Source: an uncultured Clostridia bacterium (GTDB lineage Bacteria > Bacillota > Clostridia > TANB77 > CAG-465). From it: a DNA stretch of 64,000 nucleotides. Below the pieces are notes generated by a model that had not been told where the DNA came from, did not search any database, and saw nothing but the letters and a program-made list of their open reading frames with translations. Made by a program: the position numbers and the translations under genes. Of this stretch, positions 29,744-39,038 are shown in pieces (the stretch's first letter is position 1; every line of letters starts with the position of its first letter). Location of the stretch: contig CALXJE010000049.1 in assembly GCA_944388545.1 (NCBI GenBank), positions 2,142 to 66,141 of the forward strand. The letters are read 5' to 3'.

Positions 29744-29771
29744 TTGATTTATATAATATTTATGATATAAT
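29744..29771 (+). promoter_or_regulatory. promoter of the DUF488 operon
   Basis: TTGATT, 16-nt spacer, TGaTATAAT. Confidence 0.5.
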
Positions 29772-29824
29772 TAGGGAAGATAAAGTTTAAAATTTTTGTA
29801 TTAATATATGAAAGGATGATATAG

Positions 29825-30898
29825 ATGAGAAAAAAAGGATTTTTAACTATAGGTTATGGTAATATGGGACTTTCTAATTTTATTAGTACTATAAGAAGTT
29901 TTCGGATTAATTGCATAGTTGATGTAAGAACAAGACCTTATAGCAAATACAATATTGCATTTAATAAAGAAGAACTTAGAGCACGGTTAAATGAAGATAA
30001 TTTATCATATTTTTGGCTCGGTAATAAACTTGGTGGTAGGTATGATAAAATAAGTCTTTGTGATATGCAAGGAGTTGTAGATTATGAAAAAGTTGCTAAA
30101 TCAGAAAAATTTAAGGAAGGGATAATAGAACTTTTAAAGCTATGTGATAAATATAATGTTTGTATAATGTGTTCAGAGCAGGATCCATTAAAATGTCATA
30201 GATTTTTGCTTATATGTCGTACATTAAAAGAATATAATATTTATCATATATTGCCCAGTTTAAAACTTATTAAGAATTCTGAACTTGAAGAAAACTTATT
30301 TAAAATGAGTGCTGATCTTAATCAACTTTCAATATTTTCAGAGGAAAATGAAGAGAGCTTTGAAAATAAAGCATATAAAAGACAAAATATAAAAACTGCA
30401 TATGTAAGTCAAAAAGTGAAAGATTTACTAAGTCAAGGTATTACTGAGGATATTCCTGAAAAAATCAAATTGTTTACAATAAGTTGCAGTGGAAAAACAG
30501 CGGAAGACTTTTTTACATTATTAAAAGAGTATCACGTAAAAAGAGTAATTGATCTAAGAGTTGATAATAAATCTTCAATACCATTATTTGCTGCATATCC
30601 TGATATAGGGTACTATTGTAGGATTAGTCAAATAGAGTACGAGAGAAAAGAAAATCTCATTCCTCTTTTGGCTGTTGTAAACGATATGTATATAGGCAAA
30701 ATAAATCAAACTGAATTTTTAAGAATTTATCTTAATATGTTATATAAAAGAAAAGCAATTATTGAACTAATTTCAGAAGACTTAGATAAAACATGTTTTT
30801 TATATGATGAAAAAGATTATAAAAAAAGCTACTGCTATGTTATAATAAAAGCCTTAAAAAAAGAAAATAAGAATATAATTGTTAGACATTTAAAATAG
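29825..30898 (+). CDS. tandem DUF488-domain protein (island gene 2)
   Basis: N-domain: LTIGYG..F......INCIVDVRTRPYS...AFNKEEL...L......YFWLGNKLGG..., CIMCSEQDPLKCHRFLL (DUF488 hallmarks). C-domain: LFTISCSGKTAEDFF.LLKEYHVKRVIDLRVDN.S resembles the short DUF488 form but lacks C..CHR. Two in-frame CGG codons. Confidence 0.7.
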   Translation: MRKKGFLTIGYGNMGLSNFISTIRSFRINCIVDVRTRPYSKYNIAFNKEELRARLNEDNLSYFWLGNKLGGRYDKISLCDMQGVVDYEKVAKSEKFKEGIIELLKLCDKYNVCIMCSEQDPLKCHRFLLICRTLKEYNIYHILPSLKLIKNSELEENLFKMSADLNQLSIFSEENEESFENKAYKRQNIKTAYVSQKVKDLLSQGITEDIPEKIKLFTISCSGKTAEDFFTLLKEYHVKRVIDLRVDNKSSIPLFAAYPDIGYYCRISQIEYERKENLIPLLAVVNDMYIGKINQTEFLRIYLNMLYKRKAIIELISEDLDKTCFLYDEKDYKKSYCYVIIKALKKENKNIIVRHLK

Positions 30899-30909
30899 GA
30901 GTGATAATA

Positions 30910-31482
30910 TTGAGAAATAAAATAACCATATTATCTAGTTTTCTACCAAATTATGGTGAAATTTTAATGGCAGTAGGTAGCATAGCCATAGAAAATAAAG
31001 AAACTCTGCTTGAAAATATGGTTGCACGGGAGGAGCTAAAGCAGTACCTTTTAAGTGAAGTTGCTAAAGTAAAATGCGCAAGTAATCTATCAAGATCATC
31101 TAAATTTCAAATGATAATATATGAATATACAGGAAAGTTTATTAGTATAAAAGTTTTAAAAGATGAATGTTCTGATGAAAATACAACAGATATTTATTTG
31201 TTTGACTTTTTTACTAAAGTTATTTGGCCAATAATTGTAAAAAAATATATGGACAATCTTTATAAAACATCTTCAGGTACAATTACAGTTTCAACAAATG
31301 TAAAGAAAAATGTATATATTACAATATATGAAGAAGATAATCCCAATTTGTTTTTTAATGAATTTAAAAAACTATTACTTTATAATAATATTATAATATC
31401 AGAAGCAACTGTTAAAGAAAATGGAGACATTCTTTTAAAACTTATGATACCAATAGCTCCTCATACAAGATTTAACTATTAA
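30910..31482 (+). CDS. hypothetical protein, translationally coupled to the DUF488 gene (island gene 3)
   Basis: ORF open from GTG 30901. TTG 30910 sits 8 nt after an AGGAG that overlaps the upstream stop codon. About 190 aa, soluble, no family recognised; one in-frame CGG. Confidence 0.5.
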   Translation: MRNKITILSSFLPNYGEILMAVGSIAIENKETLLENMVAREELKQYLLSEVAKVKCASNLSRSSKFQMIIYEYTGKFISIKVLKDECSDENTTDIYLFDFFTKVIWPIIVKKYMDNLYKTSSGTITVSTNVKKNVYITIYEEDNPNLFFNEFKKLLLYNNIIISEATVKENGDILLKLMIPIAPHTRFNY

Positions 31483-31496
31483 AAAGGCTATTTTTG

Positions 31497-31530
31497 GTAA
31501 AGATGATTTTAAATCATCTTTACTTTTTTA
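31497..31530 (+). terminator. rho-independent terminator before adk
   Basis: GTAAAGATGA..TCATCTTTAC palindrome then TTTTTT. Confidence 0.7.
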
Positions 31531-31571
31531 TATATTTGTGTGATAATTATATCTATAAAGGAGTATATATT

Positions 31572-32183
31572 ATGATATTTGTTATTTTAGGTGCACCTGG
31601 CTCTGGAAAGGGTACAAGAGCTGAAATTTTAAAAGAAAAATTAGGAATAGTTCATATATCCACAGGTACAATGATTAGAGAAGACAAAAAAATATATGAA
31701 GAGTATAAAGAAAAAATAGACAATGGATATTTGCTTTCTGATGATGTTATAAATGAATTACTTGAAAATAGAATGAAAAAATCAGATATAAAAAAAGGTT
31801 GCATTGTTGATGGGTATCCAAGAACTATAAAGCAAGCATATAATTTAGATAAAATACTAGAAAAATTAAATCTTAAAATTGATAAAGTATTTTTACTAAA
31901 CGCAGATACAGAGACTATATATTCAAGAATATTAAGTAGAACAGTATGTCCAGTATGTGGAAAAGTATATAATAAAAAGTATGCGGATGAAAACGATAAT
32001 AAATGTTTAGAGTGTGGATCAAAGCTAGTGCTTAGAACAGATGATAATAGTGAAACATTAAAAAATAGAATAGCCGTATATAATTCTAATATTGATAAGA
32101 TAAAAGAATATTATGCTAAAAAGGGAATACTAGAGATAATAGATGCATTAGATGATCCAAATAAAATGTTGGAAAGGATATGA
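31572..32183 (+). CDS. adk: adenylate kinase (zinc-lid type)
   Basis: ATG 31572 after AAAGGAG; ILGAPGSGKGTRAE, DGYPRT, CPVCG..CLECG lid; the track ORF start at 31494 lies in the terminator. Confidence 0.95.
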   Translation: MIFVILGAPGSGKGTRAEILKEKLGIVHISTGTMIREDKKIYEEYKEKIDNGYLLSDDVINELLENRMKKSDIKKGCIVDGYPRTIKQAYNLDKILEKLNLKIDKVFLLNADTETIYSRILSRTVCPVCGKVYNKKYADENDNKCLECGSKLVLRTDDNSETLKNRIAVYNSNIDKIKEYYAKKGILEIIDALDDPNKMLERI

Positions 32184-32190
32184 AGAAGCT

Positions 32191-32955
32191 ATGATAAATA
32201 TTAAATCTGAAAAAGAAATTGAATTAATGAGACAAAGTGCAGATATAATGAAGAAAGTACTAAAAGCCATAGAAAAAGAAATAAAAGAAGGTATTACTAC
32301 TTCATATTTAGATTATATTGCAGAAAAAGTTATGAAGGAAAATGGAGCAAAACCTTCTTTTAGAGGAGAAGAGTGCCCATACAGAGGTGGAAAAACATAT
32401 TCACATGCAACTTGTATTTCTGTAAATGATGAAATAATACATGGAATTCCATCAAGTAGAACTTTAAAAAATGGTGATGTGGTTAGTGTAGATGTTGGAG
32501 TTTACAAAAATGGATTTCATGCAGATGCAGGTAGAACTTTTATAGTGGGAGAAGGGAGCGATATAGCTAAAAAATTAGTGTCAGTAACAGAAGCTGCGTT
32601 TTTTGAAGGAGTATCTAAAGCAGTTCCAGGAAATAGAATAGGAGACATATCAAATGCAATACAAACTTATGTTGAAAAAGCAGGATTCAATCTTCTTCGT
32701 GAGTTCCAGGGACATGGGATAGGAAGAGAAATGCATGAAGATCCGGGAGTGCCTAATATAGGGAAAAAGGGAAGAGGAGAAAGACTTGAAAAAGGAATGG
32801 CACTTGCGATAGAGCCTATGGTCACAGAAGGAAGTCCAGATATATATGTTGCAAAAGACAAATGGACTATAAAGACAAAAGATGGAAAGCTTACTGCGTA
32901 CTATGAAAATACGATAGTTATAACAGATGGAGAACCAGAAATTTTAACTTTGTAA
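32191..32955 (+). CDS. map: type I methionine aminopeptidase
   Basis: ATG 32191; IKSEKEIELMRQS, HGIPS, DVGV...G.H.D..RTF, GHGIGREMHE.P, EPM. Confidence 0.95.
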   Translation: MINIKSEKEIELMRQSADIMKKVLKAIEKEIKEGITTSYLDYIAEKVMKENGAKPSFRGEECPYRGGKTYSHATCISVNDEIIHGIPSSRTLKNGDVVSVDVGVYKNGFHADAGRTFIVGEGSDIAKKLVSVTEAAFFEGVSKAVPGNRIGDISNAIQTYVEKAGFNLLREFQGHGIGREMHEDPGVPNIGKKGRGERLEKGMALAIEPMVTEGSPDIYVAKDKWTIKTKDGKLTAYYENTIVITDGEPEILTL

Positions 32956-33049
32956 TTTATAATAAAAAGGATATATTAATAGGCAAAATTAAATATAAAA
33001 GTAATGCTTTAAAATCAAAAAATAGAATGCACAAAATCAACATAAAGTG

Positions 33050-33078
33050 TTGACATTAGTGCATTTTTGTTTTATAAT
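33050..33078 (+). promoter_or_regulatory. internal consensus promoter upstream of infA
   Basis: TTGACA, 17-nt spacer, TATAAT (perfect consensus). Confidence 0.6.
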
Positions 33079-33163
33079 ATTAATGTTAAACTGAGCGTTT
33101 TTGTCTAGTTGACAGAATATCTAGTTTATCTATACATATAAATATTTATGTTGGGAGGTAAAC

Positions 33164-33382
33164 ATGGCAAAAGATGATGTTATCGAAGTTGATGGAATAG
33201 TAACAGAAGCATTACCTAATGCGACATTTAAAGTTGAACTGGAAAATGGACATCAAGTACTTGCTCACATATCCGGAAAACTTAGAATGCACTATATAAA
33301 AATACTACCTGGCGATAAAGTAAAATTAGAATTATCAACTTATGATTTGCAAAAAGGTAGAATTATATGGCGTGATAAATAA
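33164..33382 (+). CDS. infA: translation initiation factor IF-1
   Basis: [44 protein letters not shown]. Confidence 0.97.
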   Translation: MAKDDVIEVDGIVTEALPNATFKVELENGHQVLAHISGKLRMHYIKILPGDKVKLELSTYDLQKGRIIWRDK

Positions 33383-33501
33383 TAATTTGGTAATAACAAG
33401 TTTTAGAGCGGCTGTGGAGAGTGGTGTACAATCTCTATTTTTAAAATTTGTTTTACATATATAATCTAGCGCAGAGTTATAAGATTTTAAGGAGGATAAC
33501 T

Positions 33502-33615
33502 ATGAAAGTAAGACCATCTGTAAAAAAGATTTGCGAAAAATGTAAAGTTATTAAAAGAGCAGGTGTGGTTAGGGTAATATGTGAAAATCCTAAGCACAAG
33601 CAAAGACAAGGTTAA
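33502..33615 (+). CDS. rpmJ: 50S ribosomal protein L36
   Basis: Not in the ORF track (37 aa): [37 protein letters not shown]; AAGGAGG RBS. Confidence 0.93.
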   Translation: MKVRPSVKKICEKCKVIKRAGVVRVICENPKHKQRQG

Positions 33616-33629
33616 GGGGGTAAATTAAA

Positions 33630-34001
33630 GTGGCAAGAATAGCAGGAATAGACTTACCTAAGAACAAAGTGGTAGAGATAGGTTTAACTTATATCTACGG
33701 TATTGGTAGAACTTCTTCAAGAAAAATAATGGAAGAAGCTGGTATTGATTCATCTAAGAGAATCAAAGATTTAACAGATGAAGAAGTAGCAAAAATAAGA
33801 GCAATAATAGATAGAGACTATACTGTTGAAGGAGATCTTAAAAGAGAAGTTTCTTTAAACATTAAGAGACTTATGGAAATTAATTGCTATAGAGGACAAA
33901 GACATAAAAGAAAATTACCAGTTAGAGGTCAAAGAACAAAAACTAATGCAAGAACAAGAAAAGGTCCAAGAAAAGTTGTGGCCGGAAAGAAGGGGGTATA
34001 G
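33630..34001 (+). CDS. rpsM: 30S ribosomal protein S13
   Basis: GTG start; [13 protein letters not shown]...GLTYIYGIG; CYRG.RH...[14 protein letters not shown]. Confidence 0.97.
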   Translation: MARIAGIDLPKNKVVEIGLTYIYGIGRTSSRKIMEEAGIDSSKRIKDLTDEEVAKIRAIIDRDYTVEGDLKREVSLNIKRLMEINCYRGQRHKRKLPVRGQRTKTNARTRKGPRKVVAGKKGV

Positions 34002-34004
34002 TAA

Positions 34005-34397
34005 ATGGCACCTAAAAAGAAAACAGTAACAAAAAGAAAAGTAAAGAAAAATGTACCAAATGGTGTTGCTCATATACACTCATCTTTTAACAACACAATT
34101 GTTACAATGAGTGATGAAAAAGGAAACGTTTTATCATGGGCAAGTGCAGGAGGTCTTGGATTTAAAGGTTCAAGAAAAAATACTCCTTTTGCGGCATCAG
34201 AAGCAGCAACAGTTGCAGCTAATGCAGCTAAAGAACATGGATTAAAAACAGTTCAAGTATATATAAAGGGGCCTGGAGCAGGTAGAGAAGCAGCTATAAG
34301 AGCACTTCAAACAGCTGGACTAGAAATTAGCATGATTAAAGATGTAAGTCCAATACCACACAATGGTTGCAGACCACCAAAAAGAAGAAGAGTTTAA
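34005..34397 (+). CDS. rpsK: 30S ribosomal protein S11
   Basis: [37 protein letters not shown]; [11 protein letters not shown]. Confidence 0.97.
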   Translation: MAPKKKTVTKRKVKKNVPNGVAHIHSSFNNTIVTMSDEKGNVLSWASAGGLGFKGSRKNTPFAASEAATVAANAAKEHGLKTVQVYIKGPGAGREAAIRALQTAGLEISMIKDVSPIPHNGCRPPKRRRV

Positions 34398-34415
34398 TCG
34401 GAGGTGAAGATACAA

Positions 34416-35045
34416 ATGGCAAGATATACAGGCGCACTTTGTAAAAAGTGTAGAAGAGAGGGTGCAAAATTATTCCTTAAAGGAGAAAGATGTAACACAG
34501 GTAAATGCGCTATTGAAAGAAGAGCTTATGCACCTGGGCAACATGGAAAAAATAAAGTGAAATTATCTGAATATGGACTTCAACTTCGTGCTAAACAAAA
34601 AACAAAAACATATTACAGAGTTTCAGAATCACAATTTAGAAAATATTATGAAAAAGCATTTGCAAGTAAAGGAGTTACATCTGAAGTGTTATTCCAATAC
34701 CTAGAAACAAGGCTAGATAATGTTGCATATAGAATGGGAATAGGATCTTCAAGAGCAGAAGCTAGACAATTAGTTGGATATGGGATGCTTGAAGTAAATG
34801 GAAGAAAAGTAAATATACCATCATATATTGTAAAAGTTGGTGATGTTATAAAAATAAGAGAAGACAAAAAAGAGAATAATGCAATAAAAACAGCATTAGA
34901 AAAAACAGCATCAAGAAATATTCCAGCATGGATGGAAGCAAATAAAGAAAGAACAGAAGTTAAAATCTTAAGATTACCTGCAAGAGAAGAAGTAGATTTA
35001 GACGTACAAGAAAACTTAATTATTGAGTTATACTCTAAGAACTAA
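34416..35045 (+). CDS. rpsD: 30S ribosomal protein S4
   Basis: ATG 34416 after GGAGGTG; MARYTGA.CK.CRREG.KLFLKGERC; S4 domain. Confidence 0.96.
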   Translation: MARYTGALCKKCRREGAKLFLKGERCNTGKCAIERRAYAPGQHGKNKVKLSEYGLQLRAKQKTKTYYRVSESQFRKYYEKAFASKGVTSEVLFQYLETRLDNVAYRMGIGSSRAEARQLVGYGMLEVNGRKVNIPSYIVKVGDVIKIREDKKENNAIKTALEKTASRNIPAWMEANKERTEVKILRLPAREEVDLDVQENLIIELYSKN

Positions 35046-35101
35046 TAAAAATCATTTGTTAATAATACGTGTAATCAGAGCGTATTAGAAGGAGGAAAAA
35101 A

Positions 35102-36049
35102 ATGGTTGAAATGAAGAGACCAAATATTAATTGTGTTGAAATAGATGTAGACACATATTATGCAAGGTTTGAAGTAGAACCTTTAGAAAGAGGGTTCGGA
35201 ATTACTTTAGGAAACTCATTAAGGAGAATACTACTATCATCTTTACCAGGATATGCAATTAATACTGTAAAAATTGGAAAAGTTGCACATGAGTTTTCAA
35301 CTATTCCAGGAGTTACAGAAGATGTAACAGATGTAATACTTAATTTAAAACAAGTATGTGTTAAAGCAACAGGGGATGATGTTAAAGAATTAAAAATTGA
35401 TGTTAAGGGTCCTTGTGAAGTAACAGCAGCTGACATCATTTGTGATTCAACAGTTGAAATTGTTAATAAAGATTTACATATTGCATATGTAGATGAAGGC
35501 GGAGAATTTAAAGCTGAAATGACAGCAATAAAAGGTAGAGGATATACACCAGGAAATGTTAATAAAGCAGAGAGCGGAGTATTAAATACTCTTCCTATAG
35601 ATTCAATATTTACACCAGTTAAAAAAGCTAATTTTACAGTTGAAAAGACAAGAGTTGGTCAAGATATTGATTATGATAAACTTACTTTAGAAATATGGAC
35701 AAATGGTGTTATAGAGCCATATGAAGCGTTGTCAATGGCAGCTAGAATATTGGACGAACATTTAGAGTTATTTATTGATTTATCAGAAATAGCTAAAAAT
35801 ATGTCTATAATGTCTCAAAAAGAGTTATCTGAAAGAGATAGAATGTTAGAAGCTCCAATAGAAGATCTAGAATTTTCAGTTAGATCATATAATTGTCTAA
35901 AGAGAGCAGGTATTCACACAATAGGTGACATTGTATCAAAAACAGAACATGATATGATGAAAGTTAGAAATTTAGGAAAGAAATCATTAGAAGAAGTTAT
36001 AAACAAAGTAAAATCACTTGGTTTACAATTTAAATCTATTGATGAGTAG
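35102..36049 (+). CDS. rpoA: DNA-directed RNA polymerase subunit alpha
   Basis: FEVEPLERGFG.TLGN.LRR.LLSSLPG; C-terminal LEFSVRSYNCLKRAGI.TIGD. Confidence 0.97.
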   Translation: MVEMKRPNINCVEIDVDTYYARFEVEPLERGFGITLGNSLRRILLSSLPGYAINTVKIGKVAHEFSTIPGVTEDVTDVILNLKQVCVKATGDDVKELKIDVKGPCEVTAADIICDSTVEIVNKDLHIAYVDEGGEFKAEMTAIKGRGYTPGNVNKAESGVLNTLPIDSIFTPVKKANFTVEKTRVGQDIDYDKLTLEIWTNGVIEPYEALSMAARILDEHLELFIDLSEIAKNMSIMSQKELSERDRMLEAPIEDLEFSVRSYNCLKRAGIHTIGDIVSKTEHDMMKVRNLGKKSLEEVINKVKSLGLQFKSIDE

Positions 36050-36060
36050 GAGGAAATAAA

Positions 36061-36585
36061 ATGCCAAAAATAAATAGACTATCAAGAACAGAGTCACAAA
36101 GAAATGCACTATTAAAAGGGCTAGTTACAAGTCTAATCCAAAATGGTAGAGTTGAAACTACTCTTGCTAAGGCTAAAGCAGTTAAACCTTTAGCAGATAG
36201 CATAGTTAGTCTTGCAATAAAAGAAAAAGATAACGTTGTTGAAAAAGAAAAAACTGTATCAAGTGCAAAGCTTGATAAAAATGGTAAAAAAGTTAAAGTA
36301 GAAAAAACATCTAAAAATGGTAAAAAATATCAAGTTGTTGAAAGAGAAATTAAAAAGGTAACATTAAAAGTAGATGCGCCTTCAAAATTAGCAGCAAGAA
36401 GAAAGATGTTTAAAATGATAAATAAAATAAAAGATAACAACGGAAATACAATTGATTTAACAGAAAAATTATTTAATGAGATTGCTCCAAAATATGAAGC
36501 AGGTAAAGGTGGCTATACAAGAATTACAAAATTAGTTGCTAGAAAAGGTGACGGAGCTGAAATGGCAGTAATTGAATTAATATAA
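36061..36585 (+). CDS. rplQ: 50S ribosomal protein L17 with a roughly 55-aa internal insertion
   Basis: L.R...QR.ALL..LV.SL...GR.ETT..KAK.V and GGYTRI.KL..R.GDGAEMAVIEL flank a Lys-rich insert (about nt 36223-36384). Confidence 0.9.
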   Translation: MPKINRLSRTESQRNALLKGLVTSLIQNGRVETTLAKAKAVKPLADSIVSLAIKEKDNVVEKEKTVSSAKLDKNGKKVKVEKTSKNGKKYQVVEREIKKVTLKVDAPSKLAARRKMFKMINKIKDNNGNTIDLTEKLFNEIAPKYEAGKGGYTRITKLVARKGDGAEMAVIELI

Positions 36586-36595
36586 TATACAAAAA

Positions 36596-36632
36596 GATTG
36601 CTCTATAGTGTTAAACTATGAAGCAATTTTTT
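36596..36632 (+). terminator. rho-independent terminator after rplQ
   Basis: ATTGCT.TATAG-loop-CTATG.AGCAAT then T6. Confidence 0.65.
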
Positions 36633-36694
36633 GTATGCAGTTTTAATTTATATATTAGGAATATAATTAAGTTATACATTTAGGAGATGATTAT

Positions 36695-37195
36695 TTGAAG
36701 CTTAATATCGTATTAGTAGAATCGGAAATACCACAAAATACTGGTAATATAGCAAGAACGTGTGCAGCTATAGGCGCAAAACTACATTTGGTTAAGCCAC
36801 TTGGGTTTAATATATCAGAAAAATATGTTAAAAGAGCAGGCCTTGATTACTGGGATAAAGTAGATATAGAAGAACATAATAGCTTAAGTGAATTTTTAAA
36901 AAAATATAATATAAACAAAAATAAAATGTACTTAGTAACTACAAAAGCTACACACGTATATAGTGATGTTAATTATGTGGATAATCAAGACGTATTTTTA
37001 CTTTTTGGAAAAGAAACAAAAGGACTTCCAGAAGATTTACTAAAGAATAATTTGGATAGAACAATAAGAATACCAATGGGGTATAATATACGTTCTTTAA
37101 ATTTGTCTAACTCTGTTGCAATAGTTGCATATGAAGTACTTAGACAATTTGAATTTAAGGGATTACAAGAAATTAGTGATTATTTGTTGAAATAA
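36695..37195 (+). CDS. trmL: tRNA (cytidine/uridine-2'-O-)-methyltransferase TrmL (SpoU family)
   Basis: IVLVESEIPQNTGNIARTCAAIGAKLHLVKPLGF; LLFGKETKGLP; SLNLSNSVAI. Confidence 0.85.
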   Translation: MKLNIVLVESEIPQNTGNIARTCAAIGAKLHLVKPLGFNISEKYVKRAGLDYWDKVDIEEHNSLSEFLKKYNINKNKMYLVTTKATHVYSDVNYVDNQDVFLLFGKETKGLPEDLLKNNLDRTIRIPMGYNIRSLNLSNSVAIVAYEVLRQFEFKGLQEISDYLLK

Positions 37196-37196
37196 T

Positions 37197-37235
37197 AAAA
37201 ACAAACATGTTAATAACTATAACATGTTTGTTTTA
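37197..37235. terminator. bidirectional terminator between trmL and tmcAL
   Basis: AACAAACATGTTA-loop-TAACATGTTTGTT perfect 13-bp stem with A- and T-tracts; the tmcAL stop codon sits in the loop. Confidence 0.7.
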
Positions 37236-38413
37236 TCCGTATTTAAATTATCATTTGCTAGTATCTGATAAACATTATTTGCATTAAAATCTAATGCTAA
37301 TGATAATATGATATCATCTGGCAAAGTACCAAAACTTTGATTATTAATGTTTGTAATAACAGGTATAAAGGATTCTTTGTTAATTTTTTTTAATAAAATA
37401 TTTTTATTATTAGAATTAATTTTCAATATCCTTGCATAAAATGTATTTTGAAGTTTTATATAATCTTCTTTGTATATATCTAGTAATATATGTATAAGAA
37501 TTCTTTTAATTCTGCTTAAAGTATAGCGCTTACTTTTAACACTTTTTAGTATGTCTTCATAGCTAGAAGCGACTATTATACTATCGTATATTTTATTTTC
37601 TAAACCTTCTGATATATCGTATATTTTCTTTAGCTTACTTTTACCAAGCGACATTATTTTATATCTTAATAATTTAAACATATTTTCATTTGAAGTGATA
37701 TTTAAGTTGTTTAGTATGTCGTAAGTGCTTTTAGGAACAAATGATTTTATACTTTCTAATCCGTTTATTTTTATGCTATTTCGTATACTAGTAGCGCTTG
37801 AAAAATTTGAAAGTGTATTAACGATATAATCATTATGACTTGCAGACTCCCTTTTTATTGCTATGGGTTTAATATTGCTATTTAATGTTTTTAATGCTTT
37901 TAAATATTCTATGGCAAGAATATTGTTTGGTTTAGATATTTCTTCATATTCTTTTAAGTCTAATATGGATTTTAAGGCTATATCTTTAGCTGAAGTATAA
38001 CAAATGCCATCTTTTATTATATCATTTATTTTATTATCAATAGTCTCTTTATAATTAGTTAACTTAGTCACAATATTTTCTAATACTAATATATCATTGC
38101 ATTCTGTTCCAAAAACCAAATAATCTATGATATTTAGTTTATCTAATATATTTATAGCACCAAATGCAAATGTTTCTGCATTTGAAGTGGCAAATATAGT
38201 TGGAAGTTCTAGCACTAAATCAGCACCCGCATGAATTGCCATTTGAGCTCTTGAAAATTTGTTTGTTATAGCTATATTACCTTGCTGAGTAAAGTTTCCT
38301 GACATTATTATTATAACAAAGTCAGCACCCGTAATTTCCTTTGCTTTTTTTATTTGGTACTCATGTCCGTTATGAAATGGATTATACTCAGATATTATTC
38401 CAACAGTTTTCAT
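37217..38413 (-). CDS. tmcAL: tRNA(Met) cytidine acetate ligase (YlbM/TmcAL, DUF795 nucleotidyltransferase)
   Basis: MKTVGIISEYNPFHNGHEYQIKKAKE..GADFVIIIMSGNFTQQG. Confidence 0.85.
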   Translation of the reverse strand: MKTVGIISEYNPFHNGHEYQIKKAKEITGADFVIIIMSGNFTQQGNIAITNKFSRAQMAIHAGADLVLELPTIFATSNAETFAFGAINILDKLNIIDYLVFGTECNDILVLENIVTKLTNYKETIDNKINDIIKDGICYTSAKDIALKSILDLKEYEEISKPNNILAIEYLKALKTLNSNIKPIAIKRESASHNDYIVNTLSNFSSATSIRNSIKINGLESIKSFVPKSTYDILNNLNITSNENMFKLLRYKIMSLGKSKLKKIYDISEGLENKIYDSIIVASSYEDILKSVKSKRYTLSRIKRILIHILLDIYKEDYIKLQNTFYARILKINSNNKNILLKKINKESFIPVITNINNQSFGTLPDDIILSLALDFNANNVYQILANDNLNTDKTNML

Positions 38414-38533
38414 TTTTTCTCCTTAATATATTGAAATGTATAATAATTATAGATATAATATCATAAACATAGCAATTAATCAATTAAGAAAAATATTTTG
38501 CTATTTACATTTAAGAGAATATTTGGTGATAAA

Positions 38534-38975
38534 ATGAAGAAACAAATAACAATATATACTGATGGAGCTTGTAGCCGGAAATCCTGGTCCAGGGGGATAT
38601 GGTGCTATATTAATGTATGGTAATAATGTAAAAGAAATATCTGGAGGAGAAAAAAGTACAACAAATAACAGAATGGAGTTAATGGCAGCTATTGTATCAT
38701 TAGAAACACTAAAAGAATCTTGTATCGTTACTCTATATAGCGACAGCGCGTATTTAGTTAATGCTTATAATCAAAACTGGATTGAAAATTGGAAAAAAAA
38801 CAACTGGAAAAATACCGGTAAACAAGATGTAAAAAATAGAGATCTTTGGGAAAGATTAGAAAAACAAACTAGTATTCATGAAGTTACATTTGTAAAGGTA
38901 AAAGGTCATAGTGATAATGAATTTAATAATCGCTGTGATAAGTTAGCAGTAGAAGAATCTAAAAAATTTATATAA
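38534..38975 (+). CDS. rnhA: ribonuclease HI, reading frame interrupted by one extra nt (frameshifted as sequenced)
   Basis: ATG 38534 gives MKKQITIYTDGACS, then CGG (38576-38578) and a stop at 38621. The +1 frame from GGA 38577 gives GNPGPGGYGAILMYG...TNNRMELMAAI...VKGHSDNEFNNRCD. Removing one C of AGCCGGA restores a colinear RNase HI. Confidence 0.85.
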
Positions 38976-39038
38976 TACTTTTAAATATGCTTGTATAAAT
39001 AATTCACTTAATACATATGATGTGTTAGGTGATTTTTT

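Noticed and set aside
33383-33501. Possible attenuator or terminator between infA and rpmJ (GGAGA..TCTCT + ATTTTT).
   Set aside because: The stem is only about 5 bp with a G.U pair, too weak to call from sequence alone.
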